This document shows positions 26,373-36,366 of a stretch of DNA of 64,000 bases, piece by piece. Source of the stretch: an uncultured Litoreibacter sp. GTDB taxonomy: Bacteria > Pseudomonadota > Alphaproteobacteria > Rhodobacterales > Rhodobacteraceae. Every line of letters starts with the position of its first letter. The stretch's first letter is position 1. The notes under the pieces were generated by a model. That model saw only the letters and a program-made list of their open reading frames with translations. It ran no database searches and was not told the origin of the DNA. Location of the stretch: the NCBI GenBank assembly GCA_947492995.1, contig CANLOU010000007.1:6900-70899 (forward strand), written 5' to 3'. Position numbers and translations under genes: made by a program.

Positions 26373-26966
26373 ATGTCTCGCTCAAAACGTCTCACTGGTG
26401 CGCAACGCATGGAGATCGTTCGCGAAGCTGCGGGAGGTGTGACTGGCGCTGAGCTTGCGGCGCGTTTCGATGTCACGCCACGTACGATCCAGTACACGCT
26501 AAAGAGCGATGCTGAGCGGCAGGCGGATACTCATGTGCCGACCGCAGCTGTGACGGTCAAGCTGACACCAGAGGAGCTCAGTGCCTTTGATGAGGTCTTG
26601 GCCGCCGTGGGTATCGAAACGCGCTCAGAGGGGCTGAGGCGGCTCATACAGGCCACTGGAGGGGTATTCGTGCCTGATGCTCAGCTTGCCGCCGAGATGG
26701 CGCGCTACAGAGCCTCTCTGCACGAGGTGGGCAATGGCGTCACGCAGGTCGCCAAACAGATGCAGAAGGCCAACCGGATGGGGCAGGGGCCTGCAGATAT
26801 CTCGCATGTCGAGTTCTCTGAATTGCGGCTTGCGCAGATACGCGGGTTAGCGCGGTTCATTCTGGATTCCGCTGATGAGATCGACTTGCTTGTGCGCCGC
26901 CGGCGGGATGCAATGCAGCTGGAAGCCAGCGCGACACTGAGGAAGTTTGCCCATGCCGCTGAATGA
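26373..26966 (+). CDS. mobC: MobC-type relaxosome accessory protein with N-terminal HTH
   Basis: N-terminal HTH (GVTGAELAARFDVTPRTIQYTLK), an RHH-like VKLTPEELSAFDEV, and the MobC-like LHEVGNGVTQVAKQMQKAN. Overlaps the relaxase start. Confidence 0.75.
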   Translation: MSRSKRLTGAQRMEIVREAAGGVTGAELAARFDVTPRTIQYTLKSDAERQADTHVPTAAVTVKLTPEELSAFDEVLAAVGIETRSEGLRRLIQATGGVFVPDAQLAAEMARYRASLHEVGNGVTQVAKQMQKANRMGQGPADISHVEFSELRLAQIRGLARFILDSADEIDLLVRRRRDAMQLEASATLRKFAHAAE

Positions 26967-28818
26967 TGCAGTTGATGCCGTTACGGGCGAAGTGTTTCGA
27001 GATGGCTGGAGCCGGATTCGGGGATCCATGCAGGGCCTGCATGCGTCTCGACAAAAGCAGCTTATTCGGGCTGCTGCAGGTCATCGCGCGGCGGTCTTCA
27101 AGGCAATCCGTAGTGGGGGCACCCACACCAAATCGCAGCTGTCCAATCAGCTTGGATACCTCACCACGAAGTCCACCCATATCGTCGACAGCAGTGGGTT
27201 CTTGGACGGCAAATCCAAGCTCGATAATCGAGAGATAAAGGACCTCACCGAACGGTTAGCAAAGCGTTGGAGTGCAGGGTTCAAACCCAAACTTGGGCAG
27301 ACGACGCATATGCTGATGTCCTTCCCGATTGGTACCAGCGGAGAGGATGTTCGCGACATCGCCTCGGATGTGGCCGAGCGGTTCTTCCAGAACGATGAAG
27401 GGCATTTTGATTATATCATCGCGGTGCACGAAGACCGCGATCACCCTCATGCACACATCGTTCTGAACCGCCGATCCCAAGAGGGTGAGTTCTTCTATTT
27501 GGCGCGGGATCACCGATTCAACTATGACGACTTCCGTCTGGCCATGGTTGAAGAGGCTGAGAAATACGGTGTCCGATTAGAGGCAACGCGGCGGATTGAC
27601 CGTGGTGTTGTCCATTACCCAGCCAGAACCCGCGAGGTCTATGCCGCGAAAGCCGAAGGGCGGGAGGCTGAGCCGCGTCCGCGCGTCGGCGCAGATCTGG
27701 ATTGTGCGCTGGAAGAGATCGCGAACACCCGCATCATTTATCAGTCCCTCGCTGCAGAGGCCTCGAGCGAGAACCACGAAGATATTGCCGATGCGTTGCT
27801 GCGTGCCGGAGAAATGCTGGCCAAGGGCGGACTGCTGAAGATGGAAGGAGAGGTCTACATGGCTGAGGAGCAATCATTTGATGATCTGAAGGTTCGCTAC
27901 GGCGAGCAGGTGGAGCGCGTTCAGGGTATGATCGCGGAGAAACCGGAGGCTGAGCGTCCACGGTTGGAACGCAGTCTCAATGACATCCAAGCACGGCTTG
28001 CGCATATGCAGCCGCTTGGCCTGCGGTCCCATACGCTGTCGGAGGCTCCCTCAGAGGGCGGGGTCTATTCTGGAATCAATATCGACCGAGAGCAATTGCA
28101 GCGGTTGCAAGAGCCCGAGGTGCGCGCGCAGATCGACACGGCTTTGCGCGGGACTGGGATCCGTTCGGGCGTTGTGATCGCACGGATGGAAACTGGCGCG
28201 CAGAACGCGGCCCTTGAGCGTCAATGGATCGCTGATGACCTCGCTCGCGTCGCTGAAACGGATGATCTCAATCTGGAGCGGCGCGCAGACTTAGAAACCG
28301 CCCGAGAAGCTCTGAACCGCGCCCATGTCCAACTTGGGATCATATTGGAGCGCAACCAAGTCTTGCGAGTGGATGGAGTGATCGATGATGCGGTTGATGA
28401 TCGTCTAGACATTCGGGACAGTTTGACTGCAGAGCGCACCGAGGAAGCGCCAATTGCCAGCGATGTCGTCATTGATGACGAGATCAGGCGTGTCATAGCG
28501 CACGAGCGAGACGGCAATCTATCATCTCCGTTCGAAGCTGACGAAGATCGGCAAAGCTATCGTGACGCCGTCGAGCGCGAGCTGGACGAGGGCCAGCTTG
28601 ATCGTTTGAAGGCAGGGGATGCAGATGTTCTGAAAGATCAGATAGAGGATCGCCTCGACCGGCTCTATGTCGCCAAGTCCTATCTGCAATCCGACGCAGC
28701 GACGGCCAATTCTGAAGCCGCCCGCGCGGTGGTCGAAGAGATCGCAGATCGCGAATACGAATTACACCGCGCCGATACCATCGACTCTGAGACAGATCGC
28801 GGCCCAACCCATGGGTAA
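26953..28818 (+). CDS. Relaxase / mobilisation nuclease (MobA/VirD2 family)
   Basis: Histidine triad region HFDYIIAVHEDRDHPHAHIVLNRR. The ATG at 26953 (or TTG at 26947) overlaps the mobC end. Long acidic C-terminus. Confidence 0.85.
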   Translation: MPLNDAVDAVTGEVFRDGWSRIRGSMQGLHASRQKQLIRAAAGHRAAVFKAIRSGGTHTKSQLSNQLGYLTTKSTHIVDSSGFLDGKSKLDNREIKDLTERLAKRWSAGFKPKLGQTTHMLMSFPIGTSGEDVRDIASDVAERFFQNDEGHFDYIIAVHEDRDHPHAHIVLNRRSQEGEFFYLARDHRFNYDDFRLAMVEEAEKYGVRLEATRRIDRGVVHYPARTREVYAAKAEGREAEPRPRVGADLDCALEEIANTRIIYQSLAAEASSENHEDIADALLRAGEMLAKGGLLKMEGEVYMAEEQSFDDLKVRYGEQVERVQGMIAEKPEAERPRLERSLNDIQARLAHMQPLGLRSHTLSEAPSEGGVYSGINIDREQLQRLQEPEVRAQIDTALRGTGIRSGVVIARMETGAQNAALERQWIADDLARVAETDDLNLERRADLETAREALNRAHVQLGIILERNQVLRVDGVIDDAVDDRLDIRDSLTAERTEEAPIASDVVIDDEIRRVIAHERDGNLSSPFEADEDRQSYRDAVERELDEGQLDRLKAGDADVLKDQIEDRLDRLYVAKSYLQSDAATANSEAARAVVEEIADREYELHRADTIDSETDRGPTHG

Positions 28819-30811
28819 GGCGCGACTGGTCATCGGCGTCATCTTGGTCACGCTTGTGGCTGTGGCAATGGGGTATGCACTGGCGTCGGCCGTTCTCACC
28901 TTCAAAGATCTGGGGTTCCAAGCTGAGATAGATTTCTTCTACATCGCTGAGAATTACCGCGCGATCCGAGTCATTCGACCCGATGATTTCCAGCTGATCA
29001 ACTTCATCATGGGCGGGGCAGGGGTGGCGGGTCTGATGATGAGCCTTGCCATGTCTGGCTCAGCACTGACACGGTTTGGCTACACCCACTGGCAAACCCA
29101 ACGCGAAATGAAGCGCAATGGCTTCTTTGGAAAACCCGGCACAGGCTTTGTCATCGGCAAGCTTGGCAAGCCGTCCAGTCGCGCGCCTCTTGTCTGCTCG
29201 CAAACCTTCCCGCATGCTTTGATCGTCGCCCCGACGGGCCGCGGTAAGACAACAGGCTTTGTCATTCCGAACCTGCTGACCTGGCAGGGGTCTGCTGTCG
29301 TTTTGGATGTGAAAGGCGAGTGCTTTGAGGCCACTGCGCGGCATCGGGCGTCCCAAGGTGACGAGGTGTTTCGCTTTGCGCCAACAGATTGGGAAGACAA
29401 GCGAACGCACCGCTACAATCCCCTTCTGCGCATCTTTGAATTGACGGATCCGGCACGCCAGCAGATGGAGCTGCAACTCTTGGCGACATTGTTCCTTCAA
29501 AACGACAATGACCGCGTGCAGGGGCTTCTCAAGGGTGGGATCGATCTCTTTGTTGCCGCTGGCCTGCTGGCGTTTCAACGTAAGAAACCAACCCTTGGCG
29601 AAATCTACCGGATCTCTGCCTCAGGCGGGAACAAGCAGAAGGAGTATCTCGCACGGTCTCACGAGGTCGGGAACAAGGCTGCAAAACTGATCTTCACGCG
29701 GCTTGCTTCGACCAACAACGACACGCTGACGTCCTATGTTTCGCTTTTGATGACATCGGGCCTCGATCAATGGCAAAACCCAGCGATTGATGAGGCGACT
29801 GAGGTGTCGGACTTTGACTTCCGGACCATCCGCAAGAAGCCGTTCAGTGTTTACCTGGTTGTTCAGCCATTGATGGTGAAACCGCTGGCACCGCTGATCC
29901 GGCTGTTCTTCTCAGATTTGTTGTCCGCATTGCAGGACAAAGAACCGGGCGCAGATGAGCCTTGGCCAGTCATGATCATGCTCGATGAGTTCAACCGGCT
30001 CGGCAAGATGCCGATCGTCGCGGAAAGCATCGAGGTCTTGCGGCACTATCATGGCCACTTGGCGGTGGTCACACAGACCATCCCCGCTATTGATGAACTC
30101 TACGGCGAGAACACGCGGCGCGCGTTGCAGGGTAACGCGGGCATCAAGCTCTACCTGACGCCGTCAGATGAGAAGACCGTTGAGGAATTGAGTAAAGCCG
30201 TCGGTAAGACCACCAAGACCGTTGTGACGCGATCGCGCTCTGTTGGGAAGAACCCATTTGAAGGCCGCAGTCAGTCGGAGCGCACGGAAGAGACGCCGCT
30301 TTTGCCAGAGGACGAGGCAAGGCGGCTGCCGCTTGATGAGATTGTGGTCGTCGTCGACGCCCAGATGCCGGTACGCGCGAAGCGGGTGGTGTACTTTGAG
30401 GACCCGTTTTTTAAGAAGATTCATGGTGCGCAGGCTGGGGAATTACCATTTCCGCAGACACCCAAGGACCCAGTTCTTGGAAACGCCACAGCGCTTAGTC
30501 GAAAAGCGAAGCCAAAAGAACCTGTGGGCAACGGAGAGAATGTGAAAGTTGGTTCCGTCACACACACGTCTACCACTCAAAAGGGGCAGCAACCAAAGCC
30601 ACGAAAAACTGTTGGCCGAATTGCGCGGGCATCGGTTTTGGCTGATGATCAGCGGCAGTTTGAAATGGACTTCAGTAACCAGTCGGACCTCTCAGTTGAT
30701 GCACCTGCAACAAGTGAGGTTGCGCAGGTGGAAGAGGCACTTGATGATCTGGATAAACTTGAGGAACAGATGAAGGACGTGGCGCAAACCGAAGCGACGT
30801 TGTTAGCTTAA
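28811..30811 (+). CDS. virD4: Type IV coupling protein (VirD4/TraG family)
   Basis: The ATG at 28811 overlaps the relaxase stop. N-terminal TM helices, Walker A APTGRGKTTGFVIPN, Walker B VMIMLDEF. Confidence 0.9.
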   Translation: MGKARLVIGVILVTLVAVAMGYALASAVLTFKDLGFQAEIDFFYIAENYRAIRVIRPDDFQLINFIMGGAGVAGLMMSLAMSGSALTRFGYTHWQTQREMKRNGFFGKPGTGFVIGKLGKPSSRAPLVCSQTFPHALIVAPTGRGKTTGFVIPNLLTWQGSAVVLDVKGECFEATARHRASQGDEVFRFAPTDWEDKRTHRYNPLLRIFELTDPARQQMELQLLATLFLQNDNDRVQGLLKGGIDLFVAAGLLAFQRKKPTLGEIYRISASGGNKQKEYLARSHEVGNKAAKLIFTRLASTNNDTLTSYVSLLMTSGLDQWQNPAIDEATEVSDFDFRTIRKKPFSVYLVVQPLMVKPLAPLIRLFFSDLLSALQDKEPGADEPWPVMIMLDEFNRLGKMPIVAESIEVLRHYHGHLAVVTQTIPAIDELYGENTRRALQGNAGIKLYLTPSDEKTVEELSKAVGKTTKTVVTRSRSVGKNPFEGRSQSERTEETPLLPEDEARRLPLDEIVVVVDAQMPVRAKRVVYFEDPFFKKIHGAQAGELPFPQTPKDPVLGNATALSRKAKPKEPVGNGENVKVGSVTHTSTTQKGQQPKPRKTVGRIARASVLADDQRQFEMDFSNQSDLSVDAPATSEVAQVEEALDDLDKLEEQMKDVAQTEATLLA

Positions 30812-31056
30812 GCGGCCGTTCGGGCATGGCGCAGAGAATGATGGGTTTGAGCCCAACCTGTGAATTCAACTATCGCGCTGCGTGCGCTCGCAGCACAAAA
30901 TTTGCCGCAGTTGCAGCGAACATGACGCTGTCATGCAGCGGACAAACCGGCCGTTCGTATTCTACTCAGCGGGAAACTCAGACCCAAATCATAAGTTGTG
31001 GAACATCCTCGCCGTTCCACTGAACTCTGTTGATGTCCGGATAGACTTATGAACGC

Positions 31057-31608
31057 CTACCTTATGAGCAGATACGAGTATCCCCTGGTTTCCGCGATGA
31101 TCTCTTTCGCAATGGAACACGGTGTCGGCCAGCTAGGGTGTAAGACTGCTTCAACAGTCTCACAGTCAACCAGGAGCCGCGCATTATGCTTCGCTGCGAG
31201 ATGGCGCATGTGGCTGTTTTCCTTCAAACACATCATTTCAATCGTCATCACACCCCTATTCCGTGCCATTGCGAACATCTGTTCAAAGAGGGCATCGCCA
31301 ATCCCGATGCTTTGCCACTCTGCCTCGACAGAGAAAGCGGCTTCGGTCCTTGTTGGCGAGGAATGAAAGAGGCCGCGCAGCTCTACAACTCCCCTCAGGT
31401 GCCCAGAGACAAATGCGCCACACGCGATGCTATCGTGCCGAAGAAGGTTTCGGGCGTATCTCAGGACCGACTCATCGCTCGCGCCGCCGCAAAACCTTGC
31501 CCGCCGCGTCTGAACATCCAGCCGAAGAAAATGCTCGCAAATATCTTCTTGGTCGGCGGAACGGAGTCGACGGACCACGAGGTCCTGTGGGGTTCTCTTA
31601 TCGCGCAT
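31057..31608 (-). CDS. GNAT family N-acetyltransferase
   Basis: The internal ATG at 31608 gives about 183 aa. Acetyl-CoA binding motif QSIGIGDALFEQMFAMARNRG. The upstream part of the track ORF is Pro/Gly-rich and unlikely to be coding. Confidence 0.65.
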   Translation of the reverse strand: MRDKRTPQDLVVRRLRSADQEDICEHFLRLDVQTRRARFCGGASDESVLRYARNLLRHDSIACGAFVSGHLRGVVELRGLFHSSPTRTEAAFSVEAEWQSIGIGDALFEQMFAMARNRGVMTIEMMCLKENSHMRHLAAKHNARLLVDCETVEAVLHPSWPTPCSIAKEIIAETRGYSYLLIR

Positions 31609-31791
31609 CCTTCGGGGCTCCTGCTTGGCAGGTTGGTTCGAGCCAGCACCCTCGGGAGGAGGTGAAGATGCTGGCCCTTTTTGCGTTGGCGCTCCCTGTT
31701 GGTGTGTTCGCCACCGCCCGTGCTGGCTTACTCTGGGAGGAGCGAGAACCAGCACTTTTCGTGTATGCTTCTGACTTGAAGGCGTGCGCCC

Positions 31792-32019
31792 TTATTCGTC
31801 AGCCATCAGTTTCTCGGCATATGCCGGGATTTCGGATCGCGAGATACCGATCTGAGCGAGCTGGTAGTCGCTCATATTCGAAAGCGTGGAGAGCATTCGA
31901 GCCATTTGAAGAGCCTTCAAGGCCGCCTTCGCTTTGGTTCCAATCCACGCCAACAACGCGATTGATGTACCGACGATGTGACCGCGTTCAGGTCCAGCTG
32001 TATGGGTGCTAAAGGCCAT
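31792..32019 (-). CDS. DUF1127 domain protein (copy 2)
   Basis: The C-terminus LSNMSDYQLAQIGISRSEIPAYAEKL fits the DUF1127 signature (L..LsD..L.DIGisR.dI). The ATG at 32019 overlaps the stop of copy 1. Confidence 0.6.
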   Translation of the reverse strand: MAFSTHTAGPERGHIVGTSIALLAWIGTKAKAALKALQMARMLSTLSNMSDYQLAQIGISRSEIPAYAEKLMADE

Positions 32020-32233
32020 AGGCCGCCTCCATCGCCAGTCTTTTGATATTGCTGCGCGGAATGCCCAGATCCCTGAGATCACGGTCGGACAGGACCGAGA
32101 GTTCGTGACAGGTTGCGCGATAGACCCGCCGCTTGGCCTGTGCCTTGCGAAAGTGATCCAGTTTCTGATGAAAGAAAGTGCGGCCAGCATCGAAAACGAC
32201 ATCCAGCCCACTGTTTAATTGTGTGATTGCCAT
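32009..32233 (-). CDS. DUF1127 domain protein (copy 1)
   Basis: 74 aa ending RRVYRATCHELSVLSDRDLRDLGIPRSNIKRLA, the classic DUF1127 C-terminal motif. Confidence 0.7.
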   Translation of the reverse strand: MAITQLNSGLDVVFDAGRTFFHQKLDHFRKAQAKRRVYRATCHELSVLSDRDLRDLGIPRSNIKRLAMEAAYGL

Positions 32234-32363
32234 GATAGTGCCTCGTCTATTGCCGCAGCGCAGTATTTATGCTGCACTGCAGAAGTACGCGCGTTTGGTA
32301 GCGCTCACAATCTGGCGACTTGGCATAGCCCCCGTGCCAGATTGGAACAGCAAAGGTCATGAC

Positions 32364-33275
32364 ATGGACATTTCTGCACAAATGCTGATCTTTGCGACAG
32401 TTGTCGAGCGCGGCAGTATTTCTGCGGCTGCGAGATCAATGGGGCAGACGCCTTCGGCCGTCAGCAAACAGATCGGACTCCTCGAGGATCAGGTGCATTA
32501 CCGCCTGCTCAATCGGACGAGCACCGGTGTATCGCCGACGCAAGAGGGCCAAGAGTTCTACGAAAAATGCAAGGCCATGGCTGAAAAGTTTAGAGAGGCC
32601 GAAGCGATGATACACAACTTGGATGGTGTACCGCGCGGAGAACTCAGAATCGCATCCACAGTTGCGTTTGGTAAGTCCCAACTGATCCCTGTGCTGCCTG
32701 AGTTCATGGAAGAGAACCCGGAGGTTCAAGTCTCGTTGGACCTGACGGATAGGGAAATCGATCTTCCAGCTGAAGGGTTCGACGCGGCCATTTGCTTTGC
32801 CGAGCAACGCAAGCATCCCGATATGGTTGTAAGGCGCATCATGCAGAGCCGCAGGGTGCTCTGTGCCTCGCCAACGTATCTTGAGCGGTTTGGCGTACCA
32901 ATAAATTTTGCCGAACTGGCCGAACACAACTGCCTCAGGGTTGCGGGTAAAAGCCAAAGGAACGCCTGGAACAGTATTGAACCGACGAACGGCGACAGAT
33001 TTGAAGCAACGGGCAGTTTTGAGGGCAACAGCACTGATGTTGTCTTTCGGGCCGCGCTTGCAGGGATCGGGGTCGCACGGCTGCCTTGCTACATGGCAAA
33101 TCGAAAGTTTGAGACCGGCGAACTCGTCCATGTCATGCCAGAGTATGCGCCGCCCAGCACCGATATCGTGGTAATGTTTGCCGACAGGCGCAACCTAGCG
33201 CCGAAAACGCGTGCATTCGTGGACTATCTGGTGCGGCGTTTTTTGGACGTTCAAAGCTATCAAATGACTGGTTAG
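32364..33275 (+). CDS. LysR family transcriptional regulator
   Basis: ATG at 32364. N-terminal wHTH FATVVERGSISAAARSMGQTPSAVSKQIGLLE, followed by a LysR substrate-binding domain. Divergent from the DUF1127 pair. Confidence 0.9.
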   Translation: MDISAQMLIFATVVERGSISAAARSMGQTPSAVSKQIGLLEDQVHYRLLNRTSTGVSPTQEGQEFYEKCKAMAEKFREAEAMIHNLDGVPRGELRIASTVAFGKSQLIPVLPEFMEENPEVQVSLDLTDREIDLPAEGFDAAICFAEQRKHPDMVVRRIMQSRRVLCASPTYLERFGVPINFAELAEHNCLRVAGKSQRNAWNSIEPTNGDRFEATGSFEGNSTDVVFRAALAGIGVARLPCYMANRKFETGELVHVMPEYAPPSTDIVVMFADRRNLAPKTRAFVDYLVRRFLDVQSYQMTG

Positions 33276-33312
33276 ATGGCAAATAGCTGATCAGATGCAC
33301 TGAGGTGACAAT

Positions 33313-33693
33313 TTGTCTGAGAACACCACTGACATTGGGCGAGAGCTGTCCGAGCAGCTGAACCCGGGGATGGAAGACGCCCTGAACGCGCGCTATGGGC
33401 ATTTGTTGCCCGGAATGGCTGAAGGCGTGGTCGATTTCGCCTATGGTCGCCAGTATGCGCGGCCGGGACTTGGCCTTCGCGACAGGTATTTGGCGACCAT
33501 CGCCGCTTTGGCGGCCTTGGGAGGACAGACCAAGCCTCAACTCAAGGTGAATATCGCGGGCGGGCGCAAGGCTGGCTTGACGCAAGAAGAGATCGCAGAA
33601 GTGATCTGGCAAATGGCGCTATACGGTGGGTTTCCGGCGGCGATCAATGCGTTGAACGCCGCGCTGGAGGTTTTTGAGGAAGAAGAGGCGTGA
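33313..33693 (+). CDS. Carboxymuconolactone decarboxylase (AhpD-like) family protein
   Basis: 126 aa. [55 protein letters not shown] is typical of the CMD family. Confidence 0.8.
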   Translation: MSENTTDIGRELSEQLNPGMEDALNARYGHLLPGMAEGVVDFAYGRQYARPGLGLRDRYLATIAALAALGGQTKPQLKVNIAGGRKAGLTQEEIAEVIWQMALYGGFPAAINALNAALEVFEEEEA

Positions 33694-34091
33694 CCAGTCG
33701 ATCTCCCGATGCTCGACGCCCCGATTTCGAACCCCTTGCAACGATCAAAGCGAGTTCGCTCATGGCTGCGTCCGGGCCTTCCTAAGCTACCCATCTTGTT
33801 GCTAATCGTGCTTCCCAGTTTGGATGGTTGGCGGTCTTCGCCAGCTGTATCATTCGGCTCGGATCATAAGGCACGTGTCGAAACGCCGTTGCCCATCCGC
33901 CGGTTGTTTTCTCAGCGACGGCATAGCAGGGGTCGAGTGCGGCTAGGTGCTAGATCCCCCTTTAAGCTTTTTTTGGCAAAGCCGCCTTTCGTGCATAGCG
34001 CAGCGGATTCAACTAAAGAGCCCGTATTGACCAATGCTGCGAGTTGCACGAAGGTCAGTTTTAAGGCGATCAGTTTCGGAAAGGCCTTGAA

Positions 34092-34718
34092 ATGATTGAT
34101 TTTCAAACCCTGCTCGTTTTCATCCCAATCGCTTTAGCTCTAAATATGACCCCCGGTGCGGACATGCTCTTTTGCCTTGGTCAGGGGGCGAAATCCGGAC
34201 CAAAAGCAGGACTGTCTGCCTCGTTGGGAATTGCTACTGGATCGTTTATTCATGCTCTTGCTGGCGGTCTTGGTCTTGCTGCGTTGATCGCGGCGAACCC
34301 AATCGCTTTTGAGGTGATCCGTTGGGCGGGTGTCGCATACCTTCTATACTTGGCATATCTAACGCTCTCGTCGCCAATTGATCAGGTTGCGCCAACGAGT
34401 GTTAATCGTTCACACGCGGTGAAAGCATGGAAAGACGGCGTTTTTGTTTGCTTGCTCAATCCGAAGGTTGCGATTTTCATGCTGGCACTGGTTCCTCAGT
34501 TTGTTGATCCAGAACGCGGATCAGTTCTGATCCAGTTCTTATTACTTGGCACAATTCTAAACATCGGCGGCACTGTAATAAACGGTCTAATCGGCCTGTT
34601 CGCAGGCAGGATCAGCGGTGTATTGGCGAGAAATAGGCATATAGCGGCTGGCCTCCAGTATGCGACGAGCTTCATTTTTGTTGGGCTCGCAGCAAAGCTG
34701 GCATTTGACCGGCGTTAA
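34092..34718 (+). CDS. LysE/RhtB family amino-acid exporter
   Basis: 208 aa with about six hydrophobic helices. N-terminal LxPGADM motif (ALNMTPGADMLFCLGQG). Confidence 0.85.
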   Translation: MIDFQTLLVFIPIALALNMTPGADMLFCLGQGAKSGPKAGLSASLGIATGSFIHALAGGLGLAALIAANPIAFEVIRWAGVAYLLYLAYLTLSSPIDQVAPTSVNRSHAVKAWKDGVFVCLLNPKVAIFMLALVPQFVDPERGSVLIQFLLLGTILNIGGTVINGLIGLFAGRISGVLARNRHIAAGLQYATSFIFVGLAAKLAFDRR

Positions 34719-34886
34719 GCCAAAGCAGGCGTCGAATCCCCAAGGTCCGAAGGTAGCTCCAGTCCCGCGATGCAGGCATCGGATAGCCTTGCGGTAAAGG
34801 CCTCCTTCGAGCCCAATCCTACTGTCGCCTTAGGGTCGGAAAATGCTACCTTGGCTTAGAATCTAAAATCGGCGAAAGATGCCCGC

Positions 34887-35123
34887 ATGCAAAAGTACAT
34901 GGTGATTGAGTGGATTAAGGTTGGTTGTTGGGACGCTGCTTATACCAGATTTCACGAACAGGGCCGTTTCTTGCCTCCGGGATTAAATTATTTGAATTCA
35001 TGGCCAAACAAGGAGATTTCCGTTTGCTACCAGCTTATGGAAACAAGCAACCCAGAGCTTCTTGAGCTATGGATTTCACACTGGGATGACCTGACAGATT
35101 TCGAAGTTGTCCCAATTGACTGA
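34887..35123 (+). CDS. DUF3303-like small protein
   Basis: 78 aa, MQKYMVIEW...FHEQGRFLPPGLNYLNSW...CYQLMETSNPELLELWISHWDDL. The family name is tentative. Confidence 0.55.
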   Translation: MQKYMVIEWIKVGCWDAAYTRFHEQGRFLPPGLNYLNSWPNKEISVCYQLMETSNPELLELWISHWDDLTDFEVVPID

Positions 35124-35471
35124 TCTAAATTTGGTTGTCTTACGAAGCGGAAGACTTTGTCTGGGTTTGTTGTATTCGAACAGGACATAGCGAGCAGCCT
35201 TGTTTCTGGAAACTGACGTTCGAGGGTCGCGCGGCGAAGGTGTCATCAGAGCCGATTCTGTGAATCCGGATTTTTCGCTGCGTGCGCACGCGGCGTGAAA
35301 ATCGCTGCATGCGCGAAACATTCTATGCCGCAACGTAGCCAAAGTAGCAGCCATTGGTGCAAACCGTACGTTCAGTAGACGCTCAAGAACGAACCTTGGC
35401 ATTTGCTGATACGATCGCGTGGTCAGCACGGTGCTGATGATGGGCGCGGAGGGAGGATTGGAGGGCACATC

Positions 35472-36104
35472 ATGCCAAGAGTCCAACTTCCTGCAACCAC
35501 CCCAAAACGCAGAGCCTGGAACAAGGGGCGGATCATCGGTCAGAAACGACCCTTGCTTCCAAAACAGGTCTGGGCGATCCGGGCACGGCTGGAACTTGCT
35601 AACAATCTACGAGATCTGGCTTTGTTTAATGTCGCTATCGACAGCAAATTGCGCGGCTGTGATCTCGTCAAACTTGCAGTGTCAGATCTGATCAAAGATG
35701 ACCTCGTGCGCGAGCGGGTTTCCGTCATCCAATCCAAGACAGAACGACCCGTTCAATTTGAACTCACGGAAAACACACGCGAAACTGTCCTAGGTTGGAT
35801 CAAAGCGCCGGAGATGTTTTCTTGCCATTTCATGTTCCCGAGCCGCTTCCACGATCGCCCGCACATCTCAACCCGTCAGTATGGTCGGATTGTTCGCGAT
35901 TGGGTGACGGCGATCGGATTGGAACCGAGTGGGTACGGCACGCATTCTTTGCGCCGGACGAAGGCCGCGGAAATTTACCGCAAGACCGGCAACCTCCGCG
36001 CTGTCCAACTGCTGCTTGGTCACACCAAAATCGACAGTACCGTTCGATATCTGGGCGTCGAGCTTGAAGATGCTCTTACCATTTCAGAGCGTATAGACAT
36101 CTGA
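35472..36104 (+). CDS. Small tyrosine-type site-specific recombinase/integrase
   Basis: ATG at 35472. Catalytic-domain motifs LRGCDLVKL (Arg) and HSLRRTKAAEIYRKTGNLRAVQLLLGHTKIDSTVRYLG (H-x-x-R...H...Y). Confidence 0.85.
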   Translation: MPRVQLPATTPKRRAWNKGRIIGQKRPLLPKQVWAIRARLELANNLRDLALFNVAIDSKLRGCDLVKLAVSDLIKDDLVRERVSVIQSKTERPVQFELTENTRETVLGWIKAPEMFSCHFMFPSRFHDRPHISTRQYGRIVRDWVTAIGLEPSGYGTHSLRRTKAAEIYRKTGNLRAVQLLLGHTKIDSTVRYLGVELEDALTISERIDI

Positions 36105-36366
36105 CTTGCCTTGGCGAGCGGCTCCGCCGTTCGCCATTTCGAAGGGATTATTTGTCTTTCATGAGGTGATGGGCCGTATTGCGCACATCCTGTGAGTTCA
36201 CAGGAAGAGAACGTCAATTTGAAATGATTATCTCTTAATTGGCCGTTCGTTCACTTTGGTCGAGACTCAGCGCCGCCGAAGCCGTACGGTCCTCATCTGA
36301 AGCGATGTGATCGTGCCTCTACCATAGTACTTTCATGCATCGCTCAATCCCGCAGGGAGCCAATTC

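Larger units (their letters stand above)
25860..30811 (+). mobile_element. DNA-transfer (Dtr) module: candidate oriT, mobC, relaxase, T4CP
   Basis: A non-coding, inverted-repeat-rich 510 bp is followed by overlapping mobC / relaxase / virD4-like genes. Confidence 0.8.

Noticed and set aside
31263-32012. 249-aa plus-strand ORF spanning the GNAT and DUF1127 loci
   Set aside because: It is antisense to two genes with recognisable family signatures. Its sequence is Arg/Pro-rich with no domain pattern.
32436-33131. 231-aa minus-strand ORF
   Set aside because: It is entirely antisense to the LysR regulator gene, which has a canonical HTH.
33709-34095. 128-aa ORF between the CMD-family and LysE genes
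   Set aside because: It has no RBS and a low-complexity Leu/Pro/Ser/Arg composition. I looked for transposase or pseudogene remnants on both strands and could not recognise any.
34728-34741. GGCGTCGAATCCCC resembling a tRNA T-arm near the integrase cargo
   Set aside because: I could not build an acceptor stem, an anticodon arm or a CCA context around it. It is probably a chance resemblance.
35076-35486. 136-aa minus-strand ORF upstream of the integrase
   Set aside because: It overlaps the integrase start, has no motif, and its composition is not convincing.
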